64,000 nucleotides of DNA from Eledone cirrhosa (GCA_964016885.1 OZ024742.1:325934001-325998000), one strand, 5' to 3'; shown: positions 24,930 through 40,419, counted from the stretch's first letter. Numbers and translations: made by a program. Notes: generated from the sequence alone by a model not told the origin.

Positions 24930-25880
24930 CTAGCAGTGGTACCCGGCGTTGCACGGGATAAGGTATTTTGGAACGCGGGCCGTCAACAGACCTAATCGTT
25001 GAAAAATTGGATGCCTCGACAATATGTAAAGAAAACAAAACGAATACTCTGATGGCTGGATAATCTTTAAGATTTTCCTCGATGAAGCAGAAAAAATGCA
25101 GGTTTTCACATAACGCGGGCCCTAGGGCATGAAGAAAATGAATTTTTTTTATGTGCATAATATGCCTTGAAATTTCGGGAAAATCGGCTAGACGTATCGC
25201 ATAAAATAAGCCCTAAAAAGCTGAAAAAATGAAGGATGAAAAAGTTGAATTTTTTGATGTGCATAACACTCCCTGAAACATAACGCGGGCCGCCAACAGA
25301 CCTAATCGTGAAAAAACTGCATGCCTGGACAATATGTAAAGAAAATAAACCGAATACTCTGATGCAATTAGTATTAGGTATGCTTCTCCTTCCACGAGAA
25401 GAAAATCGGCTTGGAGCTTTTGTACTTTAATAAAGTGGCATGAGTCAGCAGGATAGATGTCACCGCTTATGTCAGAGGGAAGTCTGCAATGCTTGAACAA
25501 GGCATGACGTGCAATCGGACAGCATGTGGTACCTTCTCGAAGGAGTCCGCCGCACCTTAGTAAGTAAACGCAACTGGACAAAGGTTTACAAAACTGTGCG
25601 TATAATTTAACAAATTTAAAGAGGAATGGTGCAATAAAATGGGTCCCCGGAGCGTGTGCGTGTTCACTGGCAGTCCTAAACGAAAGGGTCGCCATCAGCT
25701 ATTTCAAGGGCCCTTAAGAGGGCCATGTAAGCCGTTCACTGACACCCCAAGTGGTGGCCCTAAAATGGGCCATGTGAGCGTTCACTTGTAGCCCTTAATA
25801 GTGATTTTGACTGCGTTTTCTGACATTTGGAGGGTGTTACGGTTGCTTCCACTGGTAGCCTTTAGAATGAATCAGAATGC
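24930..25880 (-). mobile_element. Non-autonomous Helitron-like element with internal tandem repeats
   Basis: Minus-strand 3' end: hairpin CCCGTGCAACGCCGGG followed by CTAG|T at 24930; internal repeat AACGCGGGCC..CAGACCTAATCG at 24972 and 25282; distal boundary uncertain. Confidence 0.7.
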
Positions 25881-25884
25881 ATAC

Positions 25885-26180
25885 GCGTTCAACAATTTGG
25901 CAGGATGGTATACGTTGCTGACGATAGCTAATAAACTTGAAACTAGTACAGCGTTCCTTTGTCAGTGTTGAACAAACGAGCAACGATGGTTGCTAGACAC
26001 TACGGCTTGATACGGGATGTTTGTTTACAAACACACCGAGCGTTATAATAAATGTTCAGTAAATCGATACGTACATATATGTATATATATATACATACTA
26101 CTGTACGTATGCATGTATGTATATATATATATACATACTACTGTACGTCTGTATACATATATGTATGTACGTGTACATAC
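25885..26180 (+). mobile_element. Family R retrozyme partial copy, HHR at 25913-25953
   Basis: CGTTG-CTGACGA..GAAAC-TA-GTA-CAGCG; ends in (TA)n. Confidence 0.88.
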
Positions 26181-26190
26181 TTCTATATAT

Positions 26191-26297
<107 letters not shown>

Positions 26298-26801
26298 TCG
26301 GAAAAATCTCTTCCCTTGAGCTATTTTATTGTAAGAGACTATTTTGAGTTTCTAACTCAATATATACATTTGATATATTCGGCTCCGTTAATTTGTTGAG
26401 CTAATTCAAATGCCGAGTAAACCTGGCTGCTATTTTTAGTGGTGTGAGTTTTTGAGAGACCTGCTAAGTTCAGATATCATGTGCGTTATTATATATACGC
26501 ACACTATTCAGTTTTTTAATATACTTAGAAGTGTCCAGGATACTAATTCTTCAGCCACTGATGAGCAAGAGTTGGTATTAATCTTCACAATTGATTTTGC
26601 AAAACAGCATAGCCAAAGCTATCAGGGTGCTTGGTAGTTACAACCATTCCAGTTTGTATTTATTTTTTTGATTTATTCTTAAATTGATTTTGGAAAAGCC
26701 TATTGTCTATAGTTAGTATTCTGTTCACCTTAGTGAATCTGGTCCCTTACGATTTGAACACATATATGTATAACTGTGTTCGTTTTTTCTTTTATATTCA
26801 A

Positions 26802-26852
<51 letters not shown>

Positions 26853-26946
26853 TGAAAAAGAACAAAGGAACTATTATGACATTATAACAAGTTATTGCCG
26901 ACAGCCGTTTCGTCCGACCCCATATATATATATATATATGTATATA

Positions 26947-26993
<47 letters not shown>

Positions 26994-27018
26994 ATGTATA
27001 TATATATGTATATATAAA

Positions 27019-27078
<60 letters not shown>

Positions 27079-27091
27079 TATATATATATAC

Positions 27092-27175
<84 letters not shown>

Positions 27176-28469
27176 ATGTAGATATAACGAAAGAAGTGTG
27201 GTTAGCAACCAGATGAACCATAACCGACCAGAGTACACGATACTTTAGGTAGTAGACTGGGTAATAGTAAAATAGTCAGAACCCCGACGGCAGAGCTCCA
27301 GCTGTTTCGACAGCTATTTCTGGACAGAAATAGCTGTCGAAATATATATATATAAATAAATTATACAATTATCAAAGAAGTGTTCAAATCATTTAATAGC
27401 TGACAATCGTTTCTTCCAAACACTCGTTTGTACTCATCGGAGCATTATCAATGTTGCACATATAATTAACCTCCTATTCAACTGAACAATAATATAGATA
27501 CATATAAATTGATGTTGTGAGCAACAGTTTCGTATTTACAGGGTGGAATGGATGTGACATATATTTTACTAGAATTGTATTCAAGTTCAAATTCAAATCA
27601 AAATTAAAATTAAAATTAAAATCAAAAGCACGGAGTGGAATACATGCAACAGTTAAAACAAGGGAATAGTCCAAATATTAAAGAGGCATTGAGGAAGCAG
27701 TTTTGAGAAAGGAAGAGTGCGATAACAATTCATATGCAGGCGTGTGCATTGTGTGACTGCGTAAGTCATATACATGAGAAAGAGACAAGCAAAGCTATTA
27801 TGCATATATAGATGAATAAATAGTGCAGTTAAAGCAAATATGTTAATGTAATAGAGTCTATGGTGGGTGTTGAATGTTGATGGTGTTCGAATTAATGTGT
27901 GTTGAGAAACATACAGTTTTTGCAGACTTTTCCATGACATGTTGAATTAAATTTTAATTAATGTTTATATTGAGTGTTTTAAGTTACTGAGAGAAATGGA
28001 TTGTAAATTAGTCTTAATGAATTCATATTCATAGACTATATTTGATCAACCGTTAAATGTTCAGTCGTTAATTTCCGGAAGTGAATAAGGGGAGCTAATT
28101 CGTAAGAGGAGGTAACTAGCTAATTCAGTTCAATTCAATTATTAAAATTCTTTGTTCTAATACACAATATAATGTGATACCATTGGCTCTCTGTTACATA
28201 ACCCTGTATATTTATGCCTGATTTTAAATACAGTATATTCTACTATCATACATTAAAGGTTTCTTTAGATTATTATCTATTCATTACTGGACAAGGTATA
28301 TGTTACGAAGGATTATACAGCTGTTAATATGTCATAATAGATATGCTATATGTGTAATAATATAATCCCTAATATAGAATGTAGAGACATTTAATGTATT
28401 GTGTTAATAAACTATGTGTGCATTTGGAATTGTATAATTAAATGCTTAAATTACACAACATAATAATAA

Positions 28470-28631
28470 TTGTTTCTACTTTAGGCACAAGCCCACCAAA
28501 AACCCAGTGCATTACTGATACTTTATTTTATTGACCCCGTAAGGATGAAAGGCAAAGTCAACCTCGGAGGGATTTGAACTCAGATCGTAAAGGGACGTAA
28601 CTATGCTGGAAAGCATGGCGTCCGACCCTCT
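28470..28631 (-). mobile_element. Family S SINE inside the fold-back spacer
   Basis: Tail, core and B box present; extreme 5' head missing. Confidence 0.88.
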
Positions 28632-29606
28632 TAATAAAGTATATATACACTTATAATTAAATATAAAATGTAATAGCATTCTATATTAGGGATTATATTA
28701 TTACACATATAGCATAGCTACTATGACATATTAACAGCTGCATAATCGTTCATAACATATACCTTGTCCAGTAATGAATAGATAACAATCTAAGGAAACC
28801 TTTAATGTATGATAGTAGAATATACTGTATTTAAAATCAGGCATAAATATACAGGGTTATGTAACAGAGATCCAATGGTATCACATTATATTGTGTATTA
28901 GAACAAAGAATTTTAATAACTGAATTGAACTTAATTAGCTAGTTTACCTCCCCTTACGCATTAGCTCCCCTTATTCACTACCGGAAATTAACGTTTGAAA
29001 ATGTAACGGTTGATCAAATATAGTCTATGAATATGAATTCATTAAGACTAATTTACAATCCATTGCTCTAACTAACTTAAAACATTCAATATAAACATTA
29101 ACTAAAATTTAATTCAACATATGTCATGGAAAAGTCTGCAAAAACTGTATGTTTCTCAACACACATTAATTCGAACACCATCAAGATTCAACACCCACCA
29201 TAGACTCTATTACATTAACATATTTGCTTTAACTGCAGTATTTATTGATCTATATATGCATAATAGCTTTGCTTGTCTCCTTCTCATGTATATGACTTAC
29301 GCAGTCACACTACGCACACGCCTGCATATGAATTGTTATCGCACTCTTCCTTTCTCAAAACTGCTTCCTCAATGCCTCTTTAATATTTGGACTATTCCCT
29401 TGTTTTAACTGTTGCATGTATTCCACTCCGTGCTTTTGATTTTAATTTTGATTTGAATTTGAACTTGAATTCAATTCTCGTAAAATATATGTCACATCCA
29501 TTCCACCCTGCAAATACGAAACTGTTGCTCTCAACATCAATTTATATGTATCTATATTATTGTTCAGTTGAATAGGAGGTTAATTATATGTGCAAACATT
29601 GATAAT

Positions 29607-29651
29607 GCTCCGATGAGTACAAACCAGAGTTTGGAAGAAACGATTGTCAGC
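29607..29651 (+). ncRNA. Hammerhead-like motif (CCGATGA core); mirror about 27399-27443 (-)
   Basis: GCT-CCGATGA-GTAC-AAAC.CAGA.GTTT-GGAA-GAAAC-GATT-GTC-AGC. Confidence 0.6.
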
Positions 29652-29825
29652 TATTAAATGATTTGAACACTTCTTTGATAATTGTATAATTTATTTATTT
29701 AACTGCTCTGTAAAACAACTGATGTTCATACATTGAGCTATTTCTCTTACTGGTAATAAGGTAATTAAGAAATTACTGTCCTTCCTGTTTATAGTTGTTT
29801 ATACTATATACATAACTATAAATAT

Positions 29826-29880
<55 letters not shown>

Positions 29881-29884
29881 ACGA

Positions 29885-30093
29885 TGAATTTGTTTTGCAA
29901 GGTTTTTCATATTAAATCGTGAGTTGAAACACATACTGTTATATTTGGAGAGGGACACATTGTTATAATATTGCCAGAAATAATGATAAAACGCATTCAC
30001 TGTTTGGTTTGGGTTGGTTTTCACGCCCGTATATGTTATATACCCATAGTTAATTTAGCAGACATCCAAAGTTTATCATTGATTAACATTGAT

Positions 30094-30130
<37 letters not shown>

Positions 30131-30484
30131 AAAAAGGGATGAAATCGAAAATGCAACTGAAGTCTTATTTTTTTTTAAAATATATATATTTATTTGGTTC
30201 CTTTACCGGTTTCGCAGTTCTTCTGCTTTTCAAAAGGTGAGTTGAGATGGAGGGTCTGTGGTTTTTCTCACATCTCAGATGTGAGAAAAACCACAGACCC
30301 TCCATCTCAACTCACCTTTTGAAATGCAGAAGAACTGCGAAACCGGTAAAGGAACCAAATAAATATATATATTTTAAAAAAAAATAAGACTTCAGTTGCA
30401 TTTTCGATTTCATCCCTTTTTCTTTATACTTCCACTCGTGTAGGACAACTCGGTTATTTTTCATTTTGTAAAAAAAACCTCACT

Positions 30485-30551
<67 letters not shown>

Positions 30552-30713
30552 CATATAGTCTATCAAAGTTCTTGCATGACACACCGGTAACATCCTCAGT
30601 GTTACTATTATGTTTCCTCCTGTTGTATTATAGAAAACCAACCAAAATCAAACAGTGAGTGTGCTTTATCATTCTTCTGGCAATATCATAACAAGGTGGC
30701 CCTCCTCAAATAT

Positions 30714-30720
<7 letters not shown>
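29885..30720. repeat. Older diverged inverted repeat (29935-30022 vs 30632-30720) enclosing the P1 palindrome; related copy at 48290-48395
   Basis: GTTATATTTGGAGAGGGACAC..TGCCAGAA..CACTGTTTG..GGTTGGTTTTC and its inverse. Confidence 0.65.
30127..30488 (+). mobile_element. Family P1 fold-back copy, about 150-bp arms, single-C spacer at 30276
   Basis: Arms 30127-30275 / 30277-30425; HHR variant CCTT-TTGAAA(A/T)-GCAG..CTGC-GAAAC-CG-GTA-AAGG at 30315-30352. Confidence 0.9.
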
Positions 30721-30755
<35 letters not shown>

Positions 30756-30833
30756 CTACTAATTTCTATATATATATATGTGTATATATAGAAATTAGTA
30801 TCAGTAGATATAAATATATATATACTGATACTA

Positions 30834-30882
<49 letters not shown>

Positions 30883-31019
30883 TTGTTTAGCTCTGGTTTT
30901 TAACTATTGAGCACTTTGCCAGTATCATTTCTGATTTTTGCGTTTCGCTTCGCTTTTTCCTGCCCGTCGAAAATGCGATACTCGCTGAATCTTTATTTGT
31001 ATATATATATATATATCTA

Positions 31020-31059
<40 letters not shown>

Positions 31060-31106
31060 TATCAATGATATTAATAAATGGAAACTATATTTATAAAACC
31101 ATATTT

Positions 31107-31165
31107 ATTCTATTATATATATTTCAAGGGTACCAAAACTGTGGTACGCACTCATCAGATAAAAT
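31107..31165 (-). ncRNA. Type I hammerhead ribozyme
   Basis: ATTTTAT-CTGATGA-GTGC-GTACCA.CAGTTT.TGGTAC-CCTT-GAAAT-ATAT-ATA-ATAGAAT. Confidence 0.7.
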
Positions 31166-31275
31166 ACAAAGTTTGTTTCATAAATATTGACATTGTTTTA
31201 TAAATATTGACAGGAATGAGACCTTAACGGTTCAAGTTTTACCTGAATTACCAACAAATTAAATATCCCTTTGCT

Positions 31276-31326
<51 letters not shown>

Positions 31327-31334
31327 GTATATAC

Positions 31335-31454
<120 letters not shown>

Positions 31455-31858
31455 CTGTGTGTGTGTGTATCTGTATGTGCATATATATGTATAGACAGGA
31501 TAGATTATATTAGGAATAGTTTAGACCATTACTCATTGCAGTCCTCGAAACTGGATCTAGCTGTTGATATGAGAACAGCTTAGCCGTCGAGGTGCTGACT
31601 AATTCATACACACATACATCCTCCACACACACACACATGCACACACACACACAGACACATAGACATACACCCCTCCACCTCCTAACAAACACACATACAT
31701 GCACACACACATATATATATATATATGTAGGAAAAAGTAAAACCCCGACGGCAGAGCTCAAGCCGTTTCGACTTTTTCCTATTACTCACTCTACTACCCT
31801 AAGTATTGAGTGCTCTGGTGCGTTATGGTCCATCTGGTTCCTTACCACAATTCCTTCG

Positions 31859-31908
<50 letters not shown>

Positions 31909-32777
31909 ATATATATGTATATATGTATGTATATGGCAAAAACTTCTCAACAAGCGAAACATGATTATATAGTTGATTTATTTAGTTTCCCAAAATTTGT
32001 TAAACCTGCTCCGAGCATTTTTAATTTATTTCGATATACTTCAAAATGTGCATCAGAGGTTATGATTGATATTTTTATTTTTTATTATTTACTATATTCA
32101 TGATATGAGGAGTAATGTATATTGATTTGTGATTCAGTGATAGATAAATCTGTTACCCCAATATAATTTGAACAACGTAAAATAGTATTGTTAATGTTCT
32201 ATGCTGTATTAGGTTGTTTGAAATTTAAACTCACCAACTACATAATTAAACCAATATTTCATTCCTCTTACATAGTAAGATATTGTGTTGCTCGCACATC
32301 AGTCGGATGGAAAGACGTGATGTTGGATTTTAAAAAAAAATACTGTAAATATCGAAATGCATACGAAAGTGTCTGCCATAATTACCATAATTACCGAACA
32401 ACTGAAAATATTATTGTTCAACAACAATAAAGTAAAGTACCAGTAATGCACTTAGATAATTGTTAGCCTTGTGCGAAAAGTAGAAACAATTATTGTTCAA
32501 CAACTATTGTTTCCTTATTTACCAAGATTACAGATATATTAGAGCAACATGAAGATTTGTTTGTTCTTTTCAAGTTGTGTGAAATATTTACCAAAAGCCA
32601 TTGTCACAGTGGATATCCAATATATTACAAGAGAAGAATTTTTAAATTATTTAAATTCTCATATATCACATGGCTTAATGTTATCGATATTTATCCGTAA
32701 CTGACTGGAGTGTAAAATCTTCCTGCACCACGTCTCTCTCTCTACATCCATCCATCCATCACATATATATATATATA

Positions 32778-33391
32778 TCAAAATGAAAATCCGAAGTCAA
32801 GGTAAAATTTCCAATCATTTTAATCACGACACATGTTTCAATAAGAGATAGATCGATCGTCAAGCCCTGATCAATTATCACTGATCTCATCAGGTGAAAA
32901 TGAATTGTCTTCAAATTCTTGATATGAGGGAGTAAATTAGCAATGTTTATTCCCTCATATGAAGATCAAATAGTCAAAATGCGGCGACTGCTATCAACTT
33001 CAGTTAAGGTCATAAAACAATCAGATTTTTATATCACAATAGCTGCAAAAGACGCTGGACATCAATCAAATCTGTAGAAGTACAGTCGGTCACAGTTAAT
33101 GTGAGTGGGTACACACACGCTTAACACCCACACACACCGACTCGAAGTCAAAGAAAAAATATATATAAATATATACACACATCAACACAGTATCAAATCT
33201 GTAAAACTATAGACGGTCACAATTAGTGTGAGTGGGTACACACAAACCGAAGCGATGACAAAGAAAAAACAATAAATATAAGAATATACCAACATAGCAT
33301 TCACCGAAAAGTTAGTTTACAAAACAACAAATGCTACATTGGTTAAATCTGAATTTGACGAGGCAAATTAGCAATATTGGGTCAACCACAG

Positions 33392-33485
<94 letters not shown>

Positions 33486-34135
33486 GCAAGTAAATTCAGT
33501 TCAGTGTTCTGCTATACGTGTATAGATTGAATTGTAACATCCGTATCTCCAAATAGTGTATGTTATGGTATATACACATCCGTATCGTCCAAAATAGTGT
33601 ATGTCTAGGTATGTACACATCCATGTGAAGAGCAAGCAATCAGCTCATATCGAACTCAGTATGTACCGCTGTCCCATTGAGAATCCGAGTCCCCAAATAT
33701 GTCCGTGCAAGCAACCGCTGTGTAGGCCAGCAAGGGGCTCCGTGAAGGGTTAGGTATGTCGGTTAAGGTGTCAGTAAGTGCGATATCTCGTCATATGGGC
33801 CCTTGGGATATTAAGATAGGTCTTTGAGTGGTGGAGGTGTGTTATCCACCACAAAAGGTAAAGTAAAATAACAAAGGGTAACAAAGCCTAGAGGGTGAGC
33901 GTGGGCCGATTAATGGTGTGTAAGTATTATTGTTCAATCCGTAACTGTGAGCACTCCATGGTTAGATGATCAAAACCTAGAGTAGTGTTCAATCGGTAGG
34001 AACGTGACCAGTCGTAACTGTGGGAACTCAATGTCTAAAGAAAACGGGTACTGTGTGTAGAGTTAGGTATAGAGAGCGTAAACGGTCTTAACTGAGTGTA
34101 TGGGAAACTAACCGTTGTGGAACTACTTCTAAATA
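32778..34135 (-). mobile_element. PLE-like non-coding 3' region between (TA)n tracts
   Basis: Terminal HHR, internal short direct repeats and (CA)n; no ORF. Confidence 0.6.
32824..32897 (-). ncRNA. Type I hammerhead ribozyme
   Basis: TCAC-CTGATGA-GATC...ATCTCTTATT-GAAAC-ATGT-GTC-GTGA. Confidence 0.72.
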
Positions 34136-34526
34136 TATATATATATATATTTATTTAGGTTTGTTGGTTTCTCAGTGGATAGAACTGGTTATTCCATATG
34201 GTCAACTTCGATGTAATATTATGGAGGGCACGTAATGCAACTCACCCGTCTTCGTTTGTGTAGTTGGTGGTGCGAGTACGGAGTTAATTATTATAAAATA
34301 ACAGGAGGCTGGACTGGAGTAATTCCTTGAAAGGATATTATTATACTATGATCATTTTAATGACTGGGTCGGTATGAATCCGGTGACATCATCAGGTATT
34401 TGAAATATAACAAAGGCATATAATAGACAAAATCCATGGGCTGAAAATCAGAGACATGAGGGCAACCGAACATTTAGCAGCTTCTACTCCGGTCGGCCGC
34501 CCTCAAGTAATTATAATATATATATA

Positions 34527-34599
<73 letters not shown>

Positions 34600-35699
34600 G
34601 GATAAGAAATGAATCTTGTTACTCTAGATTTTCATCTGTGTACTCACGGGATCCTGTGAGTGCACAAGTGAATATCCAGGCTAACATGACTCATACATTA
34701 ACTAGTTAGCGTTTGTTCGCATATTTTGTAGTCAATTTCTCTCCCACAGACCATCTGCAACATTATCTGCCATCGTTTAAGGCGCTCCACCTTTTCCTCT
34801 TTTTCCTTTCCGAGTAAACATATTCCAGTTCATTTTCATCGTCACGGTTTGAGTAATCACAGATACTTGTCCTTCAGAGTATAGCTGAAAATAGCTTCGA
34901 ATTCGAATAAATGACATAGAGTGAAATATACTTCTGTCGTTTTTACAAGCAGTATATATAAATATATATATATATATGGGGGGGGGGGGATATGTGCGTG
35001 CCTGTGGGTGTGCGTGTGGGCGTCTGTGTGTGTGAATGTATGTACATACATACAGGTATATGTGTAAATGCATGATTGGATTACGAAAACATATATATAT
35101 GTTGTGATGGAGTGCAATGTAATAAAACAGTGTATAATGATGTAGGAGTATAGATGATTACAGATGTTCCAATATATCAATCTAACATGAAAATATTGCG
35201 TGTATATATATATATGTGTGTGTATATATGTATATATATATATATATATATATAGTGATTACACAACAGTTAGTTCATCATACCGAGAACAAAACAATTG
35301 TTTCACTTTAGCGGATCCTCAGCTCGTAATATAGCGCCGCTGAGGCCCTGGAAATACTCTACGCCACAGACCACATCTTAAACAAAAAATCTGAGGAAAT
35401 TTCGGCATGTAAACATAAATTGCACAAAACTTTCCTGTATTACAGCCCCACGTTATACCCTAACGGATAATTTTTACATATTCTGGTATTTAGGGTTTGG
35501 CTATGTGTATACGGGAGTTTTGCGTCTGCGTGAGTATGCAGGTTCGTACGTATGGTGGGTGTGTGTATATGAGTACTTCTTGTTTTAGTTGACTTACGTC
35601 TCCGAACATTCGTGTATTTATATGTAGGTATGCGTGTGCGCTTGTTATATACCTATTTATTTACTTATATATGTTTATATAATTATTTATTTATTTGTA

Positions 35700-36405
<706 letters not shown>

Positions 36406-37804
36406 ATGTGTGTGTGTGCGTATGTATGTATATATATTAGAATTGAAATGAATCCAAGTTTCTTCTAAATGAACAATGCAAGTCAAACTAAATAAATATA
36501 AGTTATTTATTGGTGTTTTCATCTATTGCTGTAATATTTCACCGCCACTGTGTCTACGAAGATTGTCTCCAATTGTATATACAGACAGATAAACCTTTAG
36601 AATCGCCATACAATTATCTTTATGTGACATGGTTTTTCTTTCATTCAGAATTACTTCAAGTAAATTCATCTTTCATTTGAATGTAATAAATTATTTTTAA
36701 GTGATAGTGAAATTTAGAAAAGTCATCTTTACCAAAACAATTAAATAAAATGTATTTAACAATGTCTCCATTTATCTCTGATTCTAGAAACTTGTAATAA
36801 ATCTTTTATAGCGAAACAAGCTTATAAGTATAATGTGTGTAAAGAATAACATTAAAGAATTATCGACTATTTTAAACGCATATTTTTCTAGATATACAAC
36901 GGATCACATAAGAATTATTCACCTATTTGCATTCTTCAACATGGCGTATTTATTACCTGAAGGTCAGACTGACTTTCCCTATTGAAAATTTCATCTCTGA
37001 CATCTTAGAAGTTAAATGCCTCGTAACAAGTCTCGTATACATATATATAGTAGTACGTCTTTGAAATTGTATATTTTGGTTCAGTCGTATGTCTTCAACC
37101 TTCCGCAAACATTAACCCAAATGTCTGTAAATGCCAAAGTTCGCATTGCTTTTTATTTACGAAATCAACAAATACATACATACTATTCGTCTGCATTGGA
37201 AATTGAGATGATTTATACTGTTACTAGAGTGGTAGCATAATGATTACATTTCAAACATTGGCTAAGTATATATCCATGATAACGCTAATGCCTTTGAGAG
37301 TAGATTAAATTTACACTGCCAATATTCTCTCCCATAAATTGTAGAACATTTTATCCTGGCAAAATAATATCATTAACTTGATGGTACAAATTCATTCATT
37401 GACTCATTAACACTTGGAGGAACGAAAGACCTGCATTGTAAAATACAGTGAGCTTGGGGCATTTTAAAATCAGTGCATTGATGAAGATTTTCCAGGATAA
37501 GTAGGACCCTGGATAGACGAAAATGAAACCTAACACCGTTTCTCGATCAAAATATAATCGCTCTGGTTTTAGGGGTGCCAACACACAAAAAGTGAAATGG
37601 TGTTGAGCAGAACAAAGGAGGGACACAAAATAAGAAAACAGTCACTGGGGTGGTCACATAATGTGTTACTAAAGATTGTTGACAATATATAAAATCAACC
37701 ATCCGGTTATTGAACCAACCAACCGAAAATTTATAATAAATTGAAGTGAAAACCTGCAGGTGCGTGTGTTTGTATTGGCAGCATGATCCTCCAAAATTAT
37801 AACA

Positions 37805-37845
<41 letters not shown>

Positions 37846-37927
37846 TATATATATATTTATTAAAATAACAGATTAAAGTTTAAGCAAAGAATCGATGCTT
37901 TCACCCTTAACGGGATCTTCTGAAACT

Positions 37928-37980
<53 letters not shown>

Positions 37981-37983
<3 letters not shown>

Positions 37984-38127
37984 TTTCTGAAGACGGCATA
38001 TATATGTGTTTGGTATGTATATTTAATTTTGATAGTTTGTATAATTTTGTATAATTTTGTACATAGATCTGTTGAATATGCATGCCAATTCTAACACATA
38101 TATATCCTAGAAACGATCGTTAAATAA
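37981..38127 (+). ncRNA. Type I hammerhead ribozyme with about 110-nt stem II region
   Basis: TTATTT-CTGAAGA-C-GGCAT...ATGCC...-GAAAC-GATC-GTT-AAATAA. Confidence 0.65.
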
Positions 38128-38564
38128 TGAACTTTTTTTGTTTAATATAAGGAACTGTTTCATTGTTTTATTCATTATTTTTTTTAATATTTTATATATA
38201 TATATATATATATATCCTTGCTCGTTTCTCGGAATATATTTATATATATATATATATATGAATTATGATCGTTACAATACATGACTATAATAACAATCGA
38301 TCACTATAACTAATATTTGAGGAAATAGGATACAGTACCTCCGGGGTGGGAGACTACTAGACAGAAGTTCCTCTATCCAATTTCTTCCATCAACTGACGT
38401 ATTATGTATTGTGATAGACTACTATCATAGTCTTCCACATTGGGATAACTATATATCCCACGCACGAGATTTCGCCTATCTCTCTCTTCTTTCTCCCTTT
38501 ATATCTATATATATATATAAATATATATATATGTGTGTATGTGTATACCTTTCTCTTTCTCTTG

Positions 38565-38640
<76 letters not shown>

Positions 38641-39193
38641 CTTTATATAAATACATACATTTACGTACACTAACACAGAAAAAAAGGGATATATATATAT
38701 AACTCTGCAAACAAACGTGCTAATTGCATGTAGTTAGAACATAAACAGCTATCAACCCATGCAAACATATAAACAACAACCACAATAAAAACCAAAACAA
38801 TAGCAACAAACGGAGTTTTAACTCGATATATCAATCGATGTATGCAATGTATACTTATCAAAGAAATTCGTGCCTTGTTATTTGTAAGAAGACAAGATAT
38901 GAATGGGTGAAATCGTAAACGAAGATCTAATTTTTCCCTTTATGTTCGAAAAAAATGTTTCGGCATCTTAATAGTTTCAGAAATCAGGCACAAATATTAG
39001 TGTTTCGGTAACAGTTATAAAAAAACATGTTAGCATCGTTCATTGTTCATGCTAACTTAGTGGATATTTTCACTGTTTTGGTTTTGTTTGTTTACGATAT
39101 TCCTTTCCTCTGTAACCCTACCGTTTCTCCTAGTTGTTATATACATACGTATAGTCTGGTGCCCACACACACGAATACACAATCATACACACC

Positions 39194-39255
<62 letters not shown>

Positions 39256-39274
39256 GCCTGTCTCTTTGTTTCTG

Positions 39275-39355
<81 letters not shown>

Positions 39356-39377
39356 GGAGAGATAGAGAGAGAGGGAG

Positions 39378-39416
<39 letters not shown>

Positions 39417-39648
39417 TAGATAGATAGATAGATATATAATGGAGGAGTTGTGGTAAGGAACCAGATGGAACATAGCGCACTTGAGTACTCAATACTTAGG
39501 ATAGTAGAGTCGGTAATAGGAGAGAGTATGAACCCGACAGCAGAGCTCAAGCCGTTTCGACGGCTATTTCAGAAATAGCTATTTCACTTTAGTCCAGAAA
39601 TAGCCGTCGAAATGGCTTGAGCTCTGCCGTCGGGATCATACTCTCTCC

Positions 39649-39685
<37 letters not shown>

Positions 39686-39698
39686 TCGTTGTTTGATT

Positions 39699-39950
39699 CC
39701 ACCAGCCAGTGACCTCCACCCATTTAATCCACCATCCAGTGACCTCCACCCATCCCAATCCACCAGCCAGTGACCTCCACCCATCCCAATCCACCATCCA
39801 GTGACCTCCAACCATCCCAATCCACCAGCCAGTGACCTCCACCCATCCCAATCCACCATCCAGTGACCTCCAACCATCCCAATCCACCAGCCAGTGACCT
39901 CCACCCATCACAATCCACCAGCCAGTGACCTCCACCCATCCCTATCACCA
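39699..39950 (+). repeat. 31-bp minisatellite, about 8 copies, followed by decayed HHR (about 40004-40046)
   Basis: CCACCA(G/T)CCAGTGACCTCCA(C/A)CCATCCCAAT; then CTGATGA-TTTACTTAGAAT-GAAAC. Confidence 0.9.
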
Positions 39951-40349
39951 CCTTCCCCTACCAACAGAAAATGTGTAAATACCTCCATATCACATTGACA
40001 GTCGGCTTTGCTGATGATTTACTTAGAATGAAACAGTTCTAGTCCTGTAGAAGGCATTTCCATATTATATATATATCGTCAACTCAGGTATAGGTTTAGT
40101 TGCATGTTCATCCGCTGGTTCTGTCTTTGAGAAATATTCCTATATTTTATCTAGACCCGCTCTTATCTGTAGAAACATGGTCTCCTAGCGATGGTTTGAG
40201 CTGGAATAGGCTCGTTATTAAATCAGAGAATCAGGCCGTTCCCCCAATATGTTCAGTTACCTAGGCTTGTGAGGATAAGTGATGAGGAGAACGTATATAT
40301 TGCACAACTCTCACTACTACATTTACAAACCATTTGAGCCCATACCTAC

Positions 40350-40419
<70 letters not shown>

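Larger units (their letters stand above)
27352..29830. mobile_element. Large fold-back element: about 1.03-kb inverted arms (27352-28381 / 28677-29700), PLE-type
   Basis: Mirror ORFs in track; right arm extends about 130 bp further to (TA)n; HHR in each arm. Confidence 0.9.

Noticed and set aside
27474-29575. Duplicated 95-aa and 62-66-aa ORFs as a gene pair
   Set aside because: Merely mirror images from the fold-back arms; no protein motifs.
35275-35330. Additional HHR-like strings here and at about 34385, 40484, 60590 and 62965
   Set aside because: Core fragments present but one or more stems fail to pair; too decayed to call.
39699-39950. CRISPR-like 31-bp repeat array
   Set aside because: Units are contiguous with no unique spacers, in a eukaryotic context with no cas genes.
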